Shown here piece by piece: positions 1-11,858 of a stretch of DNA of 64,000 nucleotides. The stretch's first letter is position 1; every line of letters begins with the position of its first letter. Source of the stretch: Candidatus Saccharibacteria bacterium UBA6209. GTDB taxonomy: Bacteria; Patescibacteriota; Saccharimonadia; Saccharimonadales; Saccharimonadaceae. A program made the position numbers and the translations under genes. Where the stretch lies: contig DISN01000005.1 of the NCBI GenBank assembly GCA_002421965.1, forward strand, positions 324 to 64,323, read 5' to 3'. Under the pieces are notes generated by a model. That model saw only the letters and a program-made list of their open reading frames with translations. It did not search any database and had not been told where the DNA came from.

Positions 1-273
1 TCCCAGTCTCAAGGCAAAGCAATTAGTCAGCTGCAACAATCGGTTGAGTCTCTAGAGCAACAGCACGCTAGGCTAAAAGAGATGATCGATGAATCAATCA
101 CAAAGCAAAAATCGATGATTGCTGACGTTATCGATGAGCATATGTCGCGAATTATTGAGCACTATCTGATAGGTGCGCTTGGCGAGAGGTCTGACCTGGC
201 CAAAGACATGCCGGGTATATTGGAGAAGATGCAGGAGCACAAGCAAGAGATGATGGATGATATGAAGCTATGA
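1..273 (+). CDS. Helical hypothetical protein in the ATP synthase operon, 5'-truncated by the window edge
   Basis: Frame is open from base 1 (SQSQGKAISQLQQSVESLEQQHARLKEMIDES...MMDDMKL); its TGA overlaps the atpH ATG (ATGA coupling). Confidence 0.65.
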   Translation, partial: SQSQGKAISQLQQSVESLEQQHARLKEMIDESITKQKSMIADVIDEHMSRIIEHYLIGALGERSDLAKDMPGILEKMQEHKQEMMDDMKL

Positions 274-770
274 GCAGATCTGACTTAGTGTTACCCTCGA
301 GCCTGGCTACTCGTAGTGATCTGCAGCGAGTAATTGCTGAGATTGAGCGGATTGATAATAGCTTAAATAGCGCGCAGATTCATGAGCAAATCGGTCATCC
401 GGCCGATGACAGCCTGACTACTTCTAGGCAGCTAGCTGATTTTTTGCAAATAAATGATATTGATATCAAGAACGGCGAGGATCGATCAAGGCTTCTTCAT
501 GATGCCCGTCATCTAAAAAACACTGCACCGGTTATCCATGTGACTTTTGCCACCAGTGCGGATAACGATGAGTTGACGAAAATAATTGATTGGGTGCGGC
601 AGTCTGTTCATCCCATGGCGGTTCTGGCGGTTGGTTTACAGCCAAGTTTAATCGGCGGTGTGTATATTAGGACGACTAACAAGGTTTTTGATTTTAGTAT
701 CAGGTCACAGCTGGCTAATGGTCGTCATATAATCAAACGAGAACTGGAGGCTCTGAGTGGAGCAATCTAA
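270..770 (+). CDS. atpH: F1Fo ATP synthase subunit delta
   Basis: C-terminal OSCP-like segment (VGLQPSLIGGVYIRTTNKVFDFSIRSQL); lies directly upstream of atpA. Confidence 0.85.
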   Translation: MSRSDLVLPSSLATRSDLQRVIAEIERIDNSLNSAQIHEQIGHPADDSLTTSRQLADFLQINDIDIKNGEDRSRLLHDARHLKNTAPVIHVTFATSADNDELTKIIDWVRQSVHPMAVLAVGLQPSLIGGVYIRTTNKVFDFSIRSQLANGRHIIKRELEALSGAI

Positions 771-2300
771 GCAATTTGAGTCACTTGTGGCTGCTGGTAA
801 TCCAGTCGGCGAAGTTATTGGTATTGACTCCTTCTTGATTAAGGTCAAGGGTCTGCAGCCAACGAACGTCCGAGCACTAGTTAGATTTGATGACGATACT
901 CGTGGCTATGTACACCATGTCTACGAAGATTATGTTGTGGTCATGAAGCTCGATCCGACGCCACTTAGAATTGGTGCAGTTTGTGTTGTTGAAAAAACAA
1001 CAATGACAACCAGCGTTGGCAAAAATTATATTGGTCGAGTAATCAACGCTTTTGGTGAGCCTATCGACGGCAAAGGCCCGATTATGCCCGACAGAGAATG
1101 GGAAGTTTTTTATAATGCACCGATGCTTTACGAGCGAGAATTACTAGATACTCCCGTCGAAACAGGTGTAACAATCTTGGATCTTGAGTACTCATTAGCA
1201 CGAGGTCAGCGTATGGCGATGCTGGGCGATAGCAAGGTTGGCAAGACTGCATTGGCGGCACAGGTGGCCATTAACCAAAAGAATACTGACGTAACCGTTA
1301 TCTATGTGTTAATTGCTAAGAGGCAGCGAGACGTGGCCGAGCTAGTAACAAATCTTGAGAAGAACGATGCCTTGAAAAAGACGATAGTGGTGGTCACTAA
1401 CTCATTTGAATCTTTGATTTTAACCTACTTAGTACCATATGTTGGTGCGGCTCATGGTGAGTATTTCTGGCACGAATGTAATATGGATACTTTGGTAATC
1501 TACGACGACCTAACAGCACACGCTCAGGCTTATCGAGAAATGTCGTTGATTGCTGGTGTCAGTCCTGGTCGAGACTCTTATCCTGGCGATATGTTCTATA
1601 CACACTCCTCGCTTCTCGAACGTGGTGGCAAGACTAAGTCAAATCATGCTAGTCAGACACTACTGCCTATAGTTTATGCGCCGGGCGGTGACATTACTGC
1701 TTACTTGCCAACTAACGTTATGTCGATTACCGACGGCCAGTGGATTTTAGATGGTCAAATATTCCGTGATACTATGCGTCCTGCGGTGAGCACAGCTTTG
1801 TCGGTGACTCGAGTCGGTGGTGTTGGCCAAAATAAGCGCCAGAAAGCTCTGGCCGACAGGCTAAATTTGACATTGGCAGGCTATCGATCAGCCGAGGAGT
1901 ATGCTCACTTTGGTACTGAACTTAGTCCACAGGCTCAGGCGGACTATGACAAAGGAAAGGTTCTATTTAAGCTACTAAATCAAGCAATTGGTGAGATTTA
2001 TAGCTTTGTTGAGCAGCAATTTTTGATGACCATCGTACTTGATAGCGCGCCAGAGGAAGTGATCAATATCACTGCCCTTAAGAAGAAGGTCCATGATTAT
2101 GCACCTAGGCTAAAAGAGAATAAGGACGGCGAAGGTAACTTTGACGAGCTATGTGCTGCACTAAAGGCAGAAGTGACAACCATAGATGAGGTTAAAAAGG
2201 CAGTGCTCGAAAAGCAAGCAAAGATCGAAATTGAGAAGAAGCGACAAGCGGAGGAGGCGGCCAAGGCGGCGGCTGAAGTAGCTCGGGAGGAGTCTGCTTA

Positions 2301-2301
<1 letters not shown>
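757..2301 (+). CDS. atpA: F1Fo ATP synthase subunit alpha
   Basis: Walker A GDSKVGKT, YDDL, PGRDSYPGD, RPAV and SVTRVG motifs; GTG start. Confidence 0.97.
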
Positions 2302-4575
<2,274 letters not shown>

Positions 4576-4576
<1 letters not shown>

Positions 4577-4878
4577 TGACCGATCAACTAGTCGTGCCTG
4601 AAGCAGCTGAGGTCTCGTTGGCCGGCAGTAAGCCAACAATGGCAGTGAAGGTATATGCTCCATTTCAGGTGTATTTTGAGGGCGAGGCCTATAGCGTTAG
4701 CGCTCAAAATGCGGTTGGCCCATTTGATATCCTGCCAAAGCATCGTAATTTTTTGTGTATGTTGGTGCCCTGTGAATTGACTGTCCAGCCGGTCAAGGGC
4801 AACAAGAGAACTATTAAGATTAACCGCGCATTAATGCATGTCAAGGCCGACAGTGTAGTGGTTTTTATGGATGTCTAG
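4576..4878 (+). CDS. atpC: ATP synthase subunit epsilon, N-terminal beta-sandwich only
   Basis: GPFDILPKHRNF matches the GxxGILPxH motif; last gene of the operon; 100 aa with no C-terminal helices. Confidence 0.85.
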
Positions 4879-4893
4879 CATTCGTTTACTAGA

Positions 4894-5928
4894 CTAATAG
4901 GTAACGAAATAATCAAATCCAAATGATGAATTTCCTGGTGCTGGCGCCGAAGTACAGATACTAAATCCTGCCTGGTCACGGTCAACGTAGTATTGGGTTC
5001 GACTAGCTGCGTTGCCGACCGGGCTGATGATTACGTAAGGCTGCTTGGTAAATGCCTGGGCAAAGTTGATCCTGATCATACAGCCAGACTGTGGTGAATT
5101 GCCGGTGCTGATATTTACTGTACCGGCAGTGTCCGAGCCGCTAACCGATGCTGTGCCGCCGCTACCAAGCGGACCACTATTAACCGTGCGGTTAGGCGAT
5201 GGTCCAGTAAAGCTGATGTGATTTGGGATCTCGAGTGAGGCGTTGCCACTTAGGATTAGTCGAGAGGTGGTTATTTGGGCGGCAGTCATTGGGCCGTTAA
5301 AGGTTGACGCCCCGGAGACGCTGAGCTCGCGCATAGTCGTGCCACCCTGGATGGCTAGGGTATTGGCGATTTGCAAGGTGTTGATCTGAGCTGTTCCTAG
5401 ATTTGATGTACCAGAAATGGTTAGACTCGGGCCTTGGATGCTACCGCCGGTTTGTAAATTGCCGGCGATATTTAGATTGCCTCTCATCAAGGTCTGCCCA
5501 TCGATTACGGCATTGCCCTGGATAGTTAGGGTTTGGGAAGCGCCGCCGACCGAAGTGTCTTTGCTGGCTAAATCCTGTAGAGCTTCTTGTGTTAGCTCTT
5601 GACCAGCAATTGTCGGCACTATCGCCGGTTTTTGGCTGTTTAGATAAAAAACCCAGGTAATGATAATCGACACAATAACAACTAAAATAAATAGCAGTAG
5701 GTAGACGTTGATTTTTTTAAACAGTCTACGAGCCTTAGAAATTTTCTTAGGTGCCTCTTCGGCGTTTGAGCTGTCGGACTGCTCGGTCTTCGTAGCCTCG
5801 CGCTCATCTGCAAGATCATCTGGCGTGCGACTTAGGGCGTCTGCCGGAGATTCTTGAACAACAGGCGTGTCATCAGTCGTATGATCAACAGGTTTATCAG
5901 TGCTAGTGTCTTTGTCTTCTGGATTCAT
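4894..5928 (-). CDS. Membrane-anchored fibre-like surface protein
   Basis: Acidic N-terminus, one TM segment (VYLLLFILVVIVSIIITWVFY), Gly/Thr/Ile/Leu beta-repeat stalk, compact C-terminal domain (INFAQAFTKQPYVIISP). Confidence 0.75.
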   Translation of the reverse strand: MNPEDKDTSTDKPVDHTTDDTPVVQESPADALSRTPDDLADEREATKTEQSDSSNAEEAPKKISKARRLFKKINVYLLLFILVVIVSIIITWVFYLNSQKPAIVPTIAGQELTQEALQDLASKDTSVGGASQTLTIQGNAVIDGQTLMRGNLNIAGNLQTGGSIQGPSLTISGTSNLGTAQINTLQIANTLAIQGGTTMRELSVSGASTFNGPMTAAQITTSRLILSGNASLEIPNHISFTGPSPNRTVNSGPLGSGGTASVSGSDTAGTVNISTGNSPQSGCMIRINFAQAFTKQPYVIISPVGNAASRTQYYVDRDQAGFSICTSAPAPGNSSFGFDYFVTY

Positions 5929-6027
5929 AATAATTCTTGTGCTTTATCTGTATCTAGCTTACTATAGTTTACGCTTTGGGGCTAGCTTGAGTTTTGTCGT
6001 AATTTCAAGGATAATAAACGTAAGCGT

Positions 6028-6768
6028 ATGAAAAAAGCGAGGTACGGGTTGTGTGTTTTGGTGACTTCGGGGTTAGCTTTAGGGGCCCTAGTTTCGGTGT
6101 CATATGCGCAGGAAGCTCCTACTTCTTCGTCAAACTTCCAGATAAGTGAGCCGCAATTCGGCGTTAATACCGAGAACGAGACCTGTTCTGGGGCCTATTG
6201 TGCCAGAGCGACAATTGGCAGTCTGGATGCTGGAGCGGACGAGCCGCAAAGAAGCACTGAGTTTAGTACTATCCCGCAAGACAGCGAGCCGCTCTTAGAG
6301 GTAATAGTCGATCCGGGCGAGTCTCATTTGGGTCTACTTAGCACCACTAAGTTATCTAGAAAGACTATGATCGTTAAAGTTAGAACCTATATGAGTGATG
6401 GCTATACGCTGCATATTTATGGCGAAGCCCCGAAGTATGGTGATCATTCACTGAACACTATGAATACTCCCGCCAGCTCATCTCCTGGCACCGAGCAGTT
6501 TGGTATAAACGTTATTCGCAACAACAGTCTTGGTTTTGGGGCCGACCCAGTGCAGGTGCCATCTGATCTTATGAGTTTTGGCGAAGTAGCGGCTGATTAT
6601 GGTGTGTCCGACGTGTTTAAGTATATTAATGGCGATGTCGTTGCCAGCAGTGTTGTCGAGACAGGACGAACAGATTACACCGTGTCAATGATTATTAATA
6701 TATCTAACGCCACTCCTGCGGGCCACTATAGTGGTGACTACTCGGCGGTTGTTGTTCCACGTTTCTAA
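6028..6768 (+). CDS. Secreted WxL-like/pilin-like protein A
   Basis: Signal peptide (VSYA), PGTEQFGIN motif, C-terminus TPAGHYSGDYSAVVVPRF. Confidence 0.75.
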   Translation: MKKARYGLCVLVTSGLALGALVSVSYAQEAPTSSSNFQISEPQFGVNTENETCSGAYCARATIGSLDAGADEPQRSTEFSTIPQDSEPLLEVIVDPGESHLGLLSTTKLSRKTMIVKVRTYMSDGYTLHIYGEAPKYGDHSLNTMNTPASSSPGTEQFGINVIRNNSLGFGADPVQVPSDLMSFGEVAADYGVSDVFKYINGDVVASSVVETGRTDYTVSMIINISNATPAGHYSGDYSAVVVPRF

Positions 6769-6898
6769 ATTAGCTACTTTAACATTCCTGTGGATAACTG
6801 GTTGCATACTGTATTTTGCTTGTGGTATTATGCCAGAGAACCCCTATGTTGAGGGAATATAAAATAAATACCAAATAAAACAAGGAGACATACGAAGT

Positions 6899-8572
6899 AT
6901 GCATACACTTAAGTCTATTGTTCAGCGAGGAACGCTGTTCGGGGCTTCAGCCGCACTGGTAGTCGCTGCTGTTGTGCCAGCAGTGTCAGTGTTCGCGGAT
7001 GCGCTAAACCCGCTAACCGAACGATCGCTGCTACTAACAAGTTCAGCACCTGGCTGGCAGGATACTGACGGTTCAGGAAACTCTGTCGCAGCACCAAACT
7101 CAGTTGGCGAAAACTATGCGCCAGCTGGATCAGGTCCAAACGGTAAAAAAGCCGGTCAAACATTTACTTTTAAAGTAAGTAGTACGGCAGAAGTTAAGGG
7201 TCTGTCACTTCAGTATTGTACTAGTGCGGCTGGCCTATGTCAGGCGCCGGGCAACAATAACGAAATGGTTCCAGGTTATACTGCGCCAGCCGTTAAGGAT
7301 GCAGCTGGTGACGCCCGAAACGGTGTATATGATGCAGGAACCAACACCACTGGTCGTCCCGCCAATGACGGGGCAGCTACAGTAGGTGGCCACGCTAATA
7401 AGAAGAGCGACCTCGACTTTGTTGGCGCATTTACCGAAGGTACTGGTGCTGGTCAGTATGAGGTAAAGGTTAACAACGTAACTTCAACTGGCTGGGTATT
7501 TACTGCTGCCAACCTTGAAAGTAGTGCACACACCGGCCAGCTGACCGGTAAGAAGAACTATGTCACTCTAGTTAATTCAGCTGGTGTAAATATAGCAAAT
7601 GGCCAAGAAGTACAGGTAATATTTCGTCCTTCAGAGTCGATCTATATCACCAACCCTGGATCAAAGGAGTTCTTCGTAAAGATTAATACCTATAATAGCG
7701 ATACGGTCCTTAAGGGTATTCATAACGAAGCCGATGAGGCACAGCACACCGTAATTGATGGTGGTGTAACAGTTGCTAACGTGATGACCGATTCGATCCA
7801 CATTACTACAAAGGTTCTGGAAACTATGGCCTTCTCAGTAGGCACAGAGAACCTAGATACCGCTACTGGTAAAAGCTACCATGGTAAGTGTGACCCAGTC
7901 AATCAGAAAGACAATAACCGCTTGCAGCTAGGTAACCCTGACGCTGAGTATTCACTAGAGACTGGTCGAGCATGGGATGTGTTCTCATACTGGCGACTAA
8001 GCTCTAACTCATCTGGTGGTGCAACAGTTTACTACTCAGGTGATACGCTTGCTAACACCGTTGGTGACAGCATTCAGGATATGCCAAACGAGGTAGTTAG
8101 TACTCCTGGTACAGAACAGTTCGGTCTTGGGTTTGTTGATGCAAACTTTGGCGTAGCAGCTAACCCAGATGACGCTGCACGAACAACTGATGTTAAGTCC
8201 CCTGACTCAAACTGGGATGCAAACTATCTACATCCAAGCAGTTATCCATTCCGAACCCTATCAGGCCAGGCCACAGTTGATCTTGGTGACGGGCGTGACT
8301 TTAACGGACTTAATACTCAGAATTCTAGCAATGACTACGATGAGGCAACTGGCACGATATTTGACAATAGCGGGTCAGCAGTTGCTCCAGGAACCGCAAA
8401 GTTCAAATTCCTTAAATCGAGCTTGACTGTTCCTGAGATGATTGCTCAGCAGAACGAAACAGTCATCAGCTGTGCGACAGCAAAAATGCGATACGTTGCA
8501 AACATCGGTGCAGACACCCCAGCTGGTGTATATACCACGAAGATTAACTACCTAGCTGCTCCTCAGTACTAG
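6899..8572 (+). CDS. Large secreted WxL-like/pilin-like protein B, candidate major subunit
   Basis: Signal peptide (SVFA), AAGGAG SD, own terminator, PGTEQFG motif, C-terminus TPAGVYTTKINYLAAPQY. Confidence 0.8.
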   Translation: MHTLKSIVQRGTLFGASAALVVAAVVPAVSVFADALNPLTERSLLLTSSAPGWQDTDGSGNSVAAPNSVGENYAPAGSGPNGKKAGQTFTFKVSSTAEVKGLSLQYCTSAAGLCQAPGNNNEMVPGYTAPAVKDAAGDARNGVYDAGTNTTGRPANDGAATVGGHANKKSDLDFVGAFTEGTGAGQYEVKVNNVTSTGWVFTAANLESSAHTGQLTGKKNYVTLVNSAGVNIANGQEVQVIFRPSESIYITNPGSKEFFVKINTYNSDTVLKGIHNEADEAQHTVIDGGVTVANVMTDSIHITTKVLETMAFSVGTENLDTATGKSYHGKCDPVNQKDNNRLQLGNPDAEYSLETGRAWDVFSYWRLSSNSSGGATVYYSGDTLANTVGDSIQDMPNEVVSTPGTEQFGLGFVDANFGVAANPDDAARTTDVKSPDSNWDANYLHPSSYPFRTLSGQATVDLGDGRDFNGLNTQNSSNDYDEATGTIFDNSGSAVAPGTAKFKFLKSSLTVPEMIAQQNETVISCATAKMRYVANIGADTPAGVYTTKINYLAAPQY

Positions 8573-8586
8573 AATAGTTATCAATC

Positions 8587-8618
8587 AAAAAGCTGACTCA
8601 TCACGAGTCAGCTTTTTT
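8587..8618 (+). terminator. Intrinsic terminator
   Basis: AAAAAGCTGACTC-ATCAC-GAGTCAGCTTTTTT. Confidence 0.9.
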
Positions 8619-8663
8619 GATTTAGCATAAGCTAAAAACAGAGGTTTGTAGTATAATTCGAGT

Positions 8664-9737
8664 ATGCGGACTCACATCAATCAATGGCTAATACATCTAA
8701 TGCGTTGGTCTCATTTAGCATTGGAGCTACTATTGATCGGTATACTGATAGCGCTATTTATTGCGCCGTCCGCTGGCGCTGCCATGAGGCTGCGTGAGAG
8801 AAGTCTGTATATGACTAATGATGAAGCAGGGGAGCGATCGTCGTATGTCTTGGGATTTCGATATATGAGTCCGGTGCCGATTGGCTCTTTTGAGTTACTG
8901 TTTTGTAATGATCCAATTCCATACAATCCTTGTGAGGTTCCGCTTGGTTTGGACGTGTCGGATGTGTCGTTGACTAACCAGACTGGCGAAACTGGCTTTG
9001 TTATTTCACAAAAAAGCACAAATCGCCTATTGTTTACGCGCACGTCTAGTCTACCGGGTCCAGATCGATCGACCTATACTTTTGATAATGTTCTTAACCC
9101 GTTAGATATCGAGGCTGCTTTTGCGGTGCGCATAAAGACCTTCGAGTCTAATAATGGAACTGGCCCACAGGTGGACTTTGGTTCGGTTCGTGGTCAGGTG
9201 ATTAAGGGTATTCAAATCGAAACTCAGGTGCCGCCAATGTTAATATTTTGTCTAGCAGAGCAGGTTGAATATAACTGTACGGGTACAAATGACATTTATC
9301 ATTCGGATATGGGTAAGCTTAGTCCAAATGAAACTTTGACTGCGCAGTCTCAGATGGCTGTCGGTACCAACGCAACTGCTGGATTTGTGATTTCTGTCGT
9401 AGGTAGTCCGCTGAGCGCCGGCATGGAGGTTATAAAATCGCTCGATACTCCTTCTCCCAGTAAGCTAGGTAAGAACCAGTTTGGTATTAATCTTGTGGCA
9501 AATAACTCTCCGGGAATTGGCCTTGACCCAGAGGGTGACTGGGCTAACGCCACCGCTGCGCCTAATTACGGCCAGTCAAATATGTACATGTTCAAGGACG
9601 GGGATATCGTCGCTTCGTCACCGAACGTTAGTCTAATGAAAAAGTTCACCGTGAGCTATATAGTTAACGTTAGTCCTGCGCTTAGAGCTGGCGTTTACAC
9701 AACTACCATAAACTTTATAGCCAGTGGCAGGTTTTAG
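8664..9737 (+). CDS. Secreted WxL-like/pilin-like protein C
   Basis: Signal peptide (SAGA), NQFGINL motif, C-terminus LRAGVYTTTINFIASGRF. Confidence 0.78.
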   Translation: MRTHINQWLIHLMRWSHLALELLLIGILIALFIAPSAGAAMRLRERSLYMTNDEAGERSSYVLGFRYMSPVPIGSFELLFCNDPIPYNPCEVPLGLDVSDVSLTNQTGETGFVISQKSTNRLLFTRTSSLPGPDRSTYTFDNVLNPLDIEAAFAVRIKTFESNNGTGPQVDFGSVRGQVIKGIQIETQVPPMLIFCLAEQVEYNCTGTNDIYHSDMGKLSPNETLTAQSQMAVGTNATAGFVISVVGSPLSAGMEVIKSLDTPSPSKLGKNQFGINLVANNSPGIGLDPEGDWANATAAPNYGQSNMYMFKDGDIVASSPNVSLMKKFTVSYIVNVSPALRAGVYTTTINFIASGRF

Positions 9738-9766
9738 TGTATAATGTGTATTGTACTTAAGGTAAA

Positions 9767-10837
9767 ATGGAGGGTCTACCAATAATGAATCACTTAAAGA
9801 GTGCAGCTCTGATCATGTGTGCAGTGGTTTTTGCAGCATCGTTGTTATTTATTCCGCAGCAAAATGCATATGCTCAGGGTTCAGCGGCACTTAGTATTGT
9901 TCCTAAAAAGACATACACGATTGAGGCCGGTAAGACCGTTAATGACACACTGTTGATTCGCAACCAAGACAAAGAGCGAACGCTTAACTTGTCCCTCAGG
10001 GTTATAGATTTTAGCTACACCGACGATAGTGGAGCCCCGAAGCTTATGCTCGACGAGGGTGCCCCAAAGACATCCTGGTCGCTAAGAGATAATATTGATA
10101 TTCCAGAGACCGTATCGATTGAGCCGGGATCAAGCGAGTCAATTGGTATGAGTGTAACAATTCCCGAGAACCAAGGTGGCTGTAGCCTTTATAGTGCAAT
10201 TGTCTACTCCTCGACTAGCTCTGAGGGTGGTAATGTCGGCCTTAGCGCTTCAGGAGTGACGTTGGTATTCGCTAACATACCTGGTGTCTGTAAAGAAGAT
10301 TTGGTATTAAAAAGAGTTGGAGCACTTAATGATTCAAAAAATATCGACAACGGCGAGTATGCCTATTTCCACCTAGATCAGCCCAAGCGGATAGCCTACA
10401 CATTACAGAATAACGGTAACGTTGCCGCTAGTCCTGTCGGTAGCATTACCCTAAGGCCATGGTTTGGTAAGGAAATCGTAATAAACAACATTAACCCTAA
10501 CGGCTCGCTTGCTCTAATTGGCCAGGAGAGAACATTCGTATCCTGCGTCAAACTAAAGGGCGAAACGGTTGGATTTAACGGTACACGCGCTGAATCCACC
10601 ACCTGCGATACTTCTGGTCTGTGGCCTGGTTTTTATAGCGTCGAGCTGGCTGGCTACTATGGGCAAAATGGCAATAACACCAAGGATCTAGTTGGCTCAA
10701 GCTGGTTTATTTATATGCCATGGTGGGCAATAGCCATCCTTGTTGCCGCTCTAGCATTTATCACTTACTATGTACGAAAAATTGTCCTACACATCCGCTC
10801 AAATAGCAGCAAAGCTAAGCTTAAGAAAAGAAAATAA
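9767..10837 (+). CDS. DUF916/WxLIP-like secreted Ig-fold protein with C-terminal membrane anchor (protein D)
   Basis: Signal peptide; LSIVPKKTYTIEAGKTV, LQNNGNV and WPGFYSV motifs; C-terminal TM followed by a basic tail. Confidence 0.7.
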   Translation: MEGLPIMNHLKSAALIMCAVVFAASLLFIPQQNAYAQGSAALSIVPKKTYTIEAGKTVNDTLLIRNQDKERTLNLSLRVIDFSYTDDSGAPKLMLDEGAPKTSWSLRDNIDIPETVSIEPGSSESIGMSVTIPENQGGCSLYSAIVYSSTSSEGGNVGLSASGVTLVFANIPGVCKEDLVLKRVGALNDSKNIDNGEYAYFHLDQPKRIAYTLQNNGNVAASPVGSITLRPWFGKEIVINNINPNGSLALIGQERTFVSCVKLKGETVGFNGTRAESTTCDTSGLWPGFYSVELAGYYGQNGNNTKDLVGSSWFIYMPWWAIAILVAALAFITYYVRKIVLHIRSNSSKAKLKKRK

Positions 10838-10869
10838 CTAAAAAATAAAGCGCAGGGGGTGTTCGGCTG

Positions 10870-11784
10870 GTGAAGAGGTTAATTTCCAACTACCTGACTG
10901 GTTTCATAGTAGCCTTTATGGCTGCTGTGGTGCTGGGGCAGGGCGTCGGGGCAATTAACCCTTTGCCAACACCAGACCCTAAGCCGGGTGGTTTCGGACT
11001 AGAAGCCGTTAAAGAGCAGGCTCCGCCAAATATGGGTGCGACAATCACCACGCCATCAAACGGTGCATCATTTTCATCGTCACCGATAACTGTTAATGGA
11101 CTATGCCCGCAAGGTCTACTGGTTCAGCTATACAATAACAACGTCATGGTTGGTTCGGTGATGTGTGACAATGGCAGCTTTAGTATTGAGGTTAGTTTGT
11201 TTGCTGGGACTAACGAGTTAAAGGCTATTGTCTATGATGAACTAGATCAGGCTGGCCCTGAGTCAAACATCGTCTCGGTCAACTATACTGATACTAGTTT
11301 TACTAGATTTGGTGAGCTTATAACACTAACCAGCAATTACGGTCGACGCTCCGCAGCAAACAATACTCAGCTAGTCTGGCCGCTTCAGCTATCTGGCGGA
11401 ACTGGCCCATATGCCTTTAGTATTGACTGGGGTGACGGTTCGCAGCTCCAACTTCTAAGTCAGTCATTGGCTGGGCTAATAAATATCGATCATATTTATA
11501 AAAAAGCTGGTATCTATCAAGTGAACGTTCGGGTGACTGACTCAAATGGTGTCAGCGCCTTTCTGCAAGTTATTGCTGTTTCTAGTGGCCAGGCAGACAT
11601 AGGTGCGGCCCCCGTCACCGATGGCGGCAGCAAGGCTCAGGGCAAGCCAGTTGTTTTGTGGCTACCAACGGTCATTCTACTACTATTACTTTTGCCAACT
11701 TATTGGCTTGGACGTCGCTCACAGCTAGTGACGATCAGGAACAAGATGATCAAGGAGAGGGACAGGTACCAAGACAAAAAATAA
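10870..11784 (+). CDS. Secreted Ig-like plus PKD-domain protein with C-terminal anchor (protein E)
   Basis: Signal peptide; SIDWGDGS and HIYKKAGIYQVNVRVTD PKD motifs; C-terminal TM. Confidence 0.75.
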   Translation: MKRLISNYLTGFIVAFMAAVVLGQGVGAINPLPTPDPKPGGFGLEAVKEQAPPNMGATITTPSNGASFSSSPITVNGLCPQGLLVQLYNNNVMVGSVMCDNGSFSIEVSLFAGTNELKAIVYDELDQAGPESNIVSVNYTDTSFTRFGELITLTSNYGRRSAANNTQLVWPLQLSGGTGPYAFSIDWGDGSQLQLLSQSLAGLINIDHIYKKAGIYQVNVRVTDSNGVSAFLQVIAVSSGQADIGAAPVTDGGSKAQGKPVVLWLPTVILLLLLLPTYWLGRRSQLVTIRNKMIKERDRYQDKK

Positions 11785-11858
11785 CTGTATTGAAAGCATG
11801 AAAGTTATCATGATACACTGTGGGTGTACGTGTGAGTATTAAATAAGGGAGGAATCAA

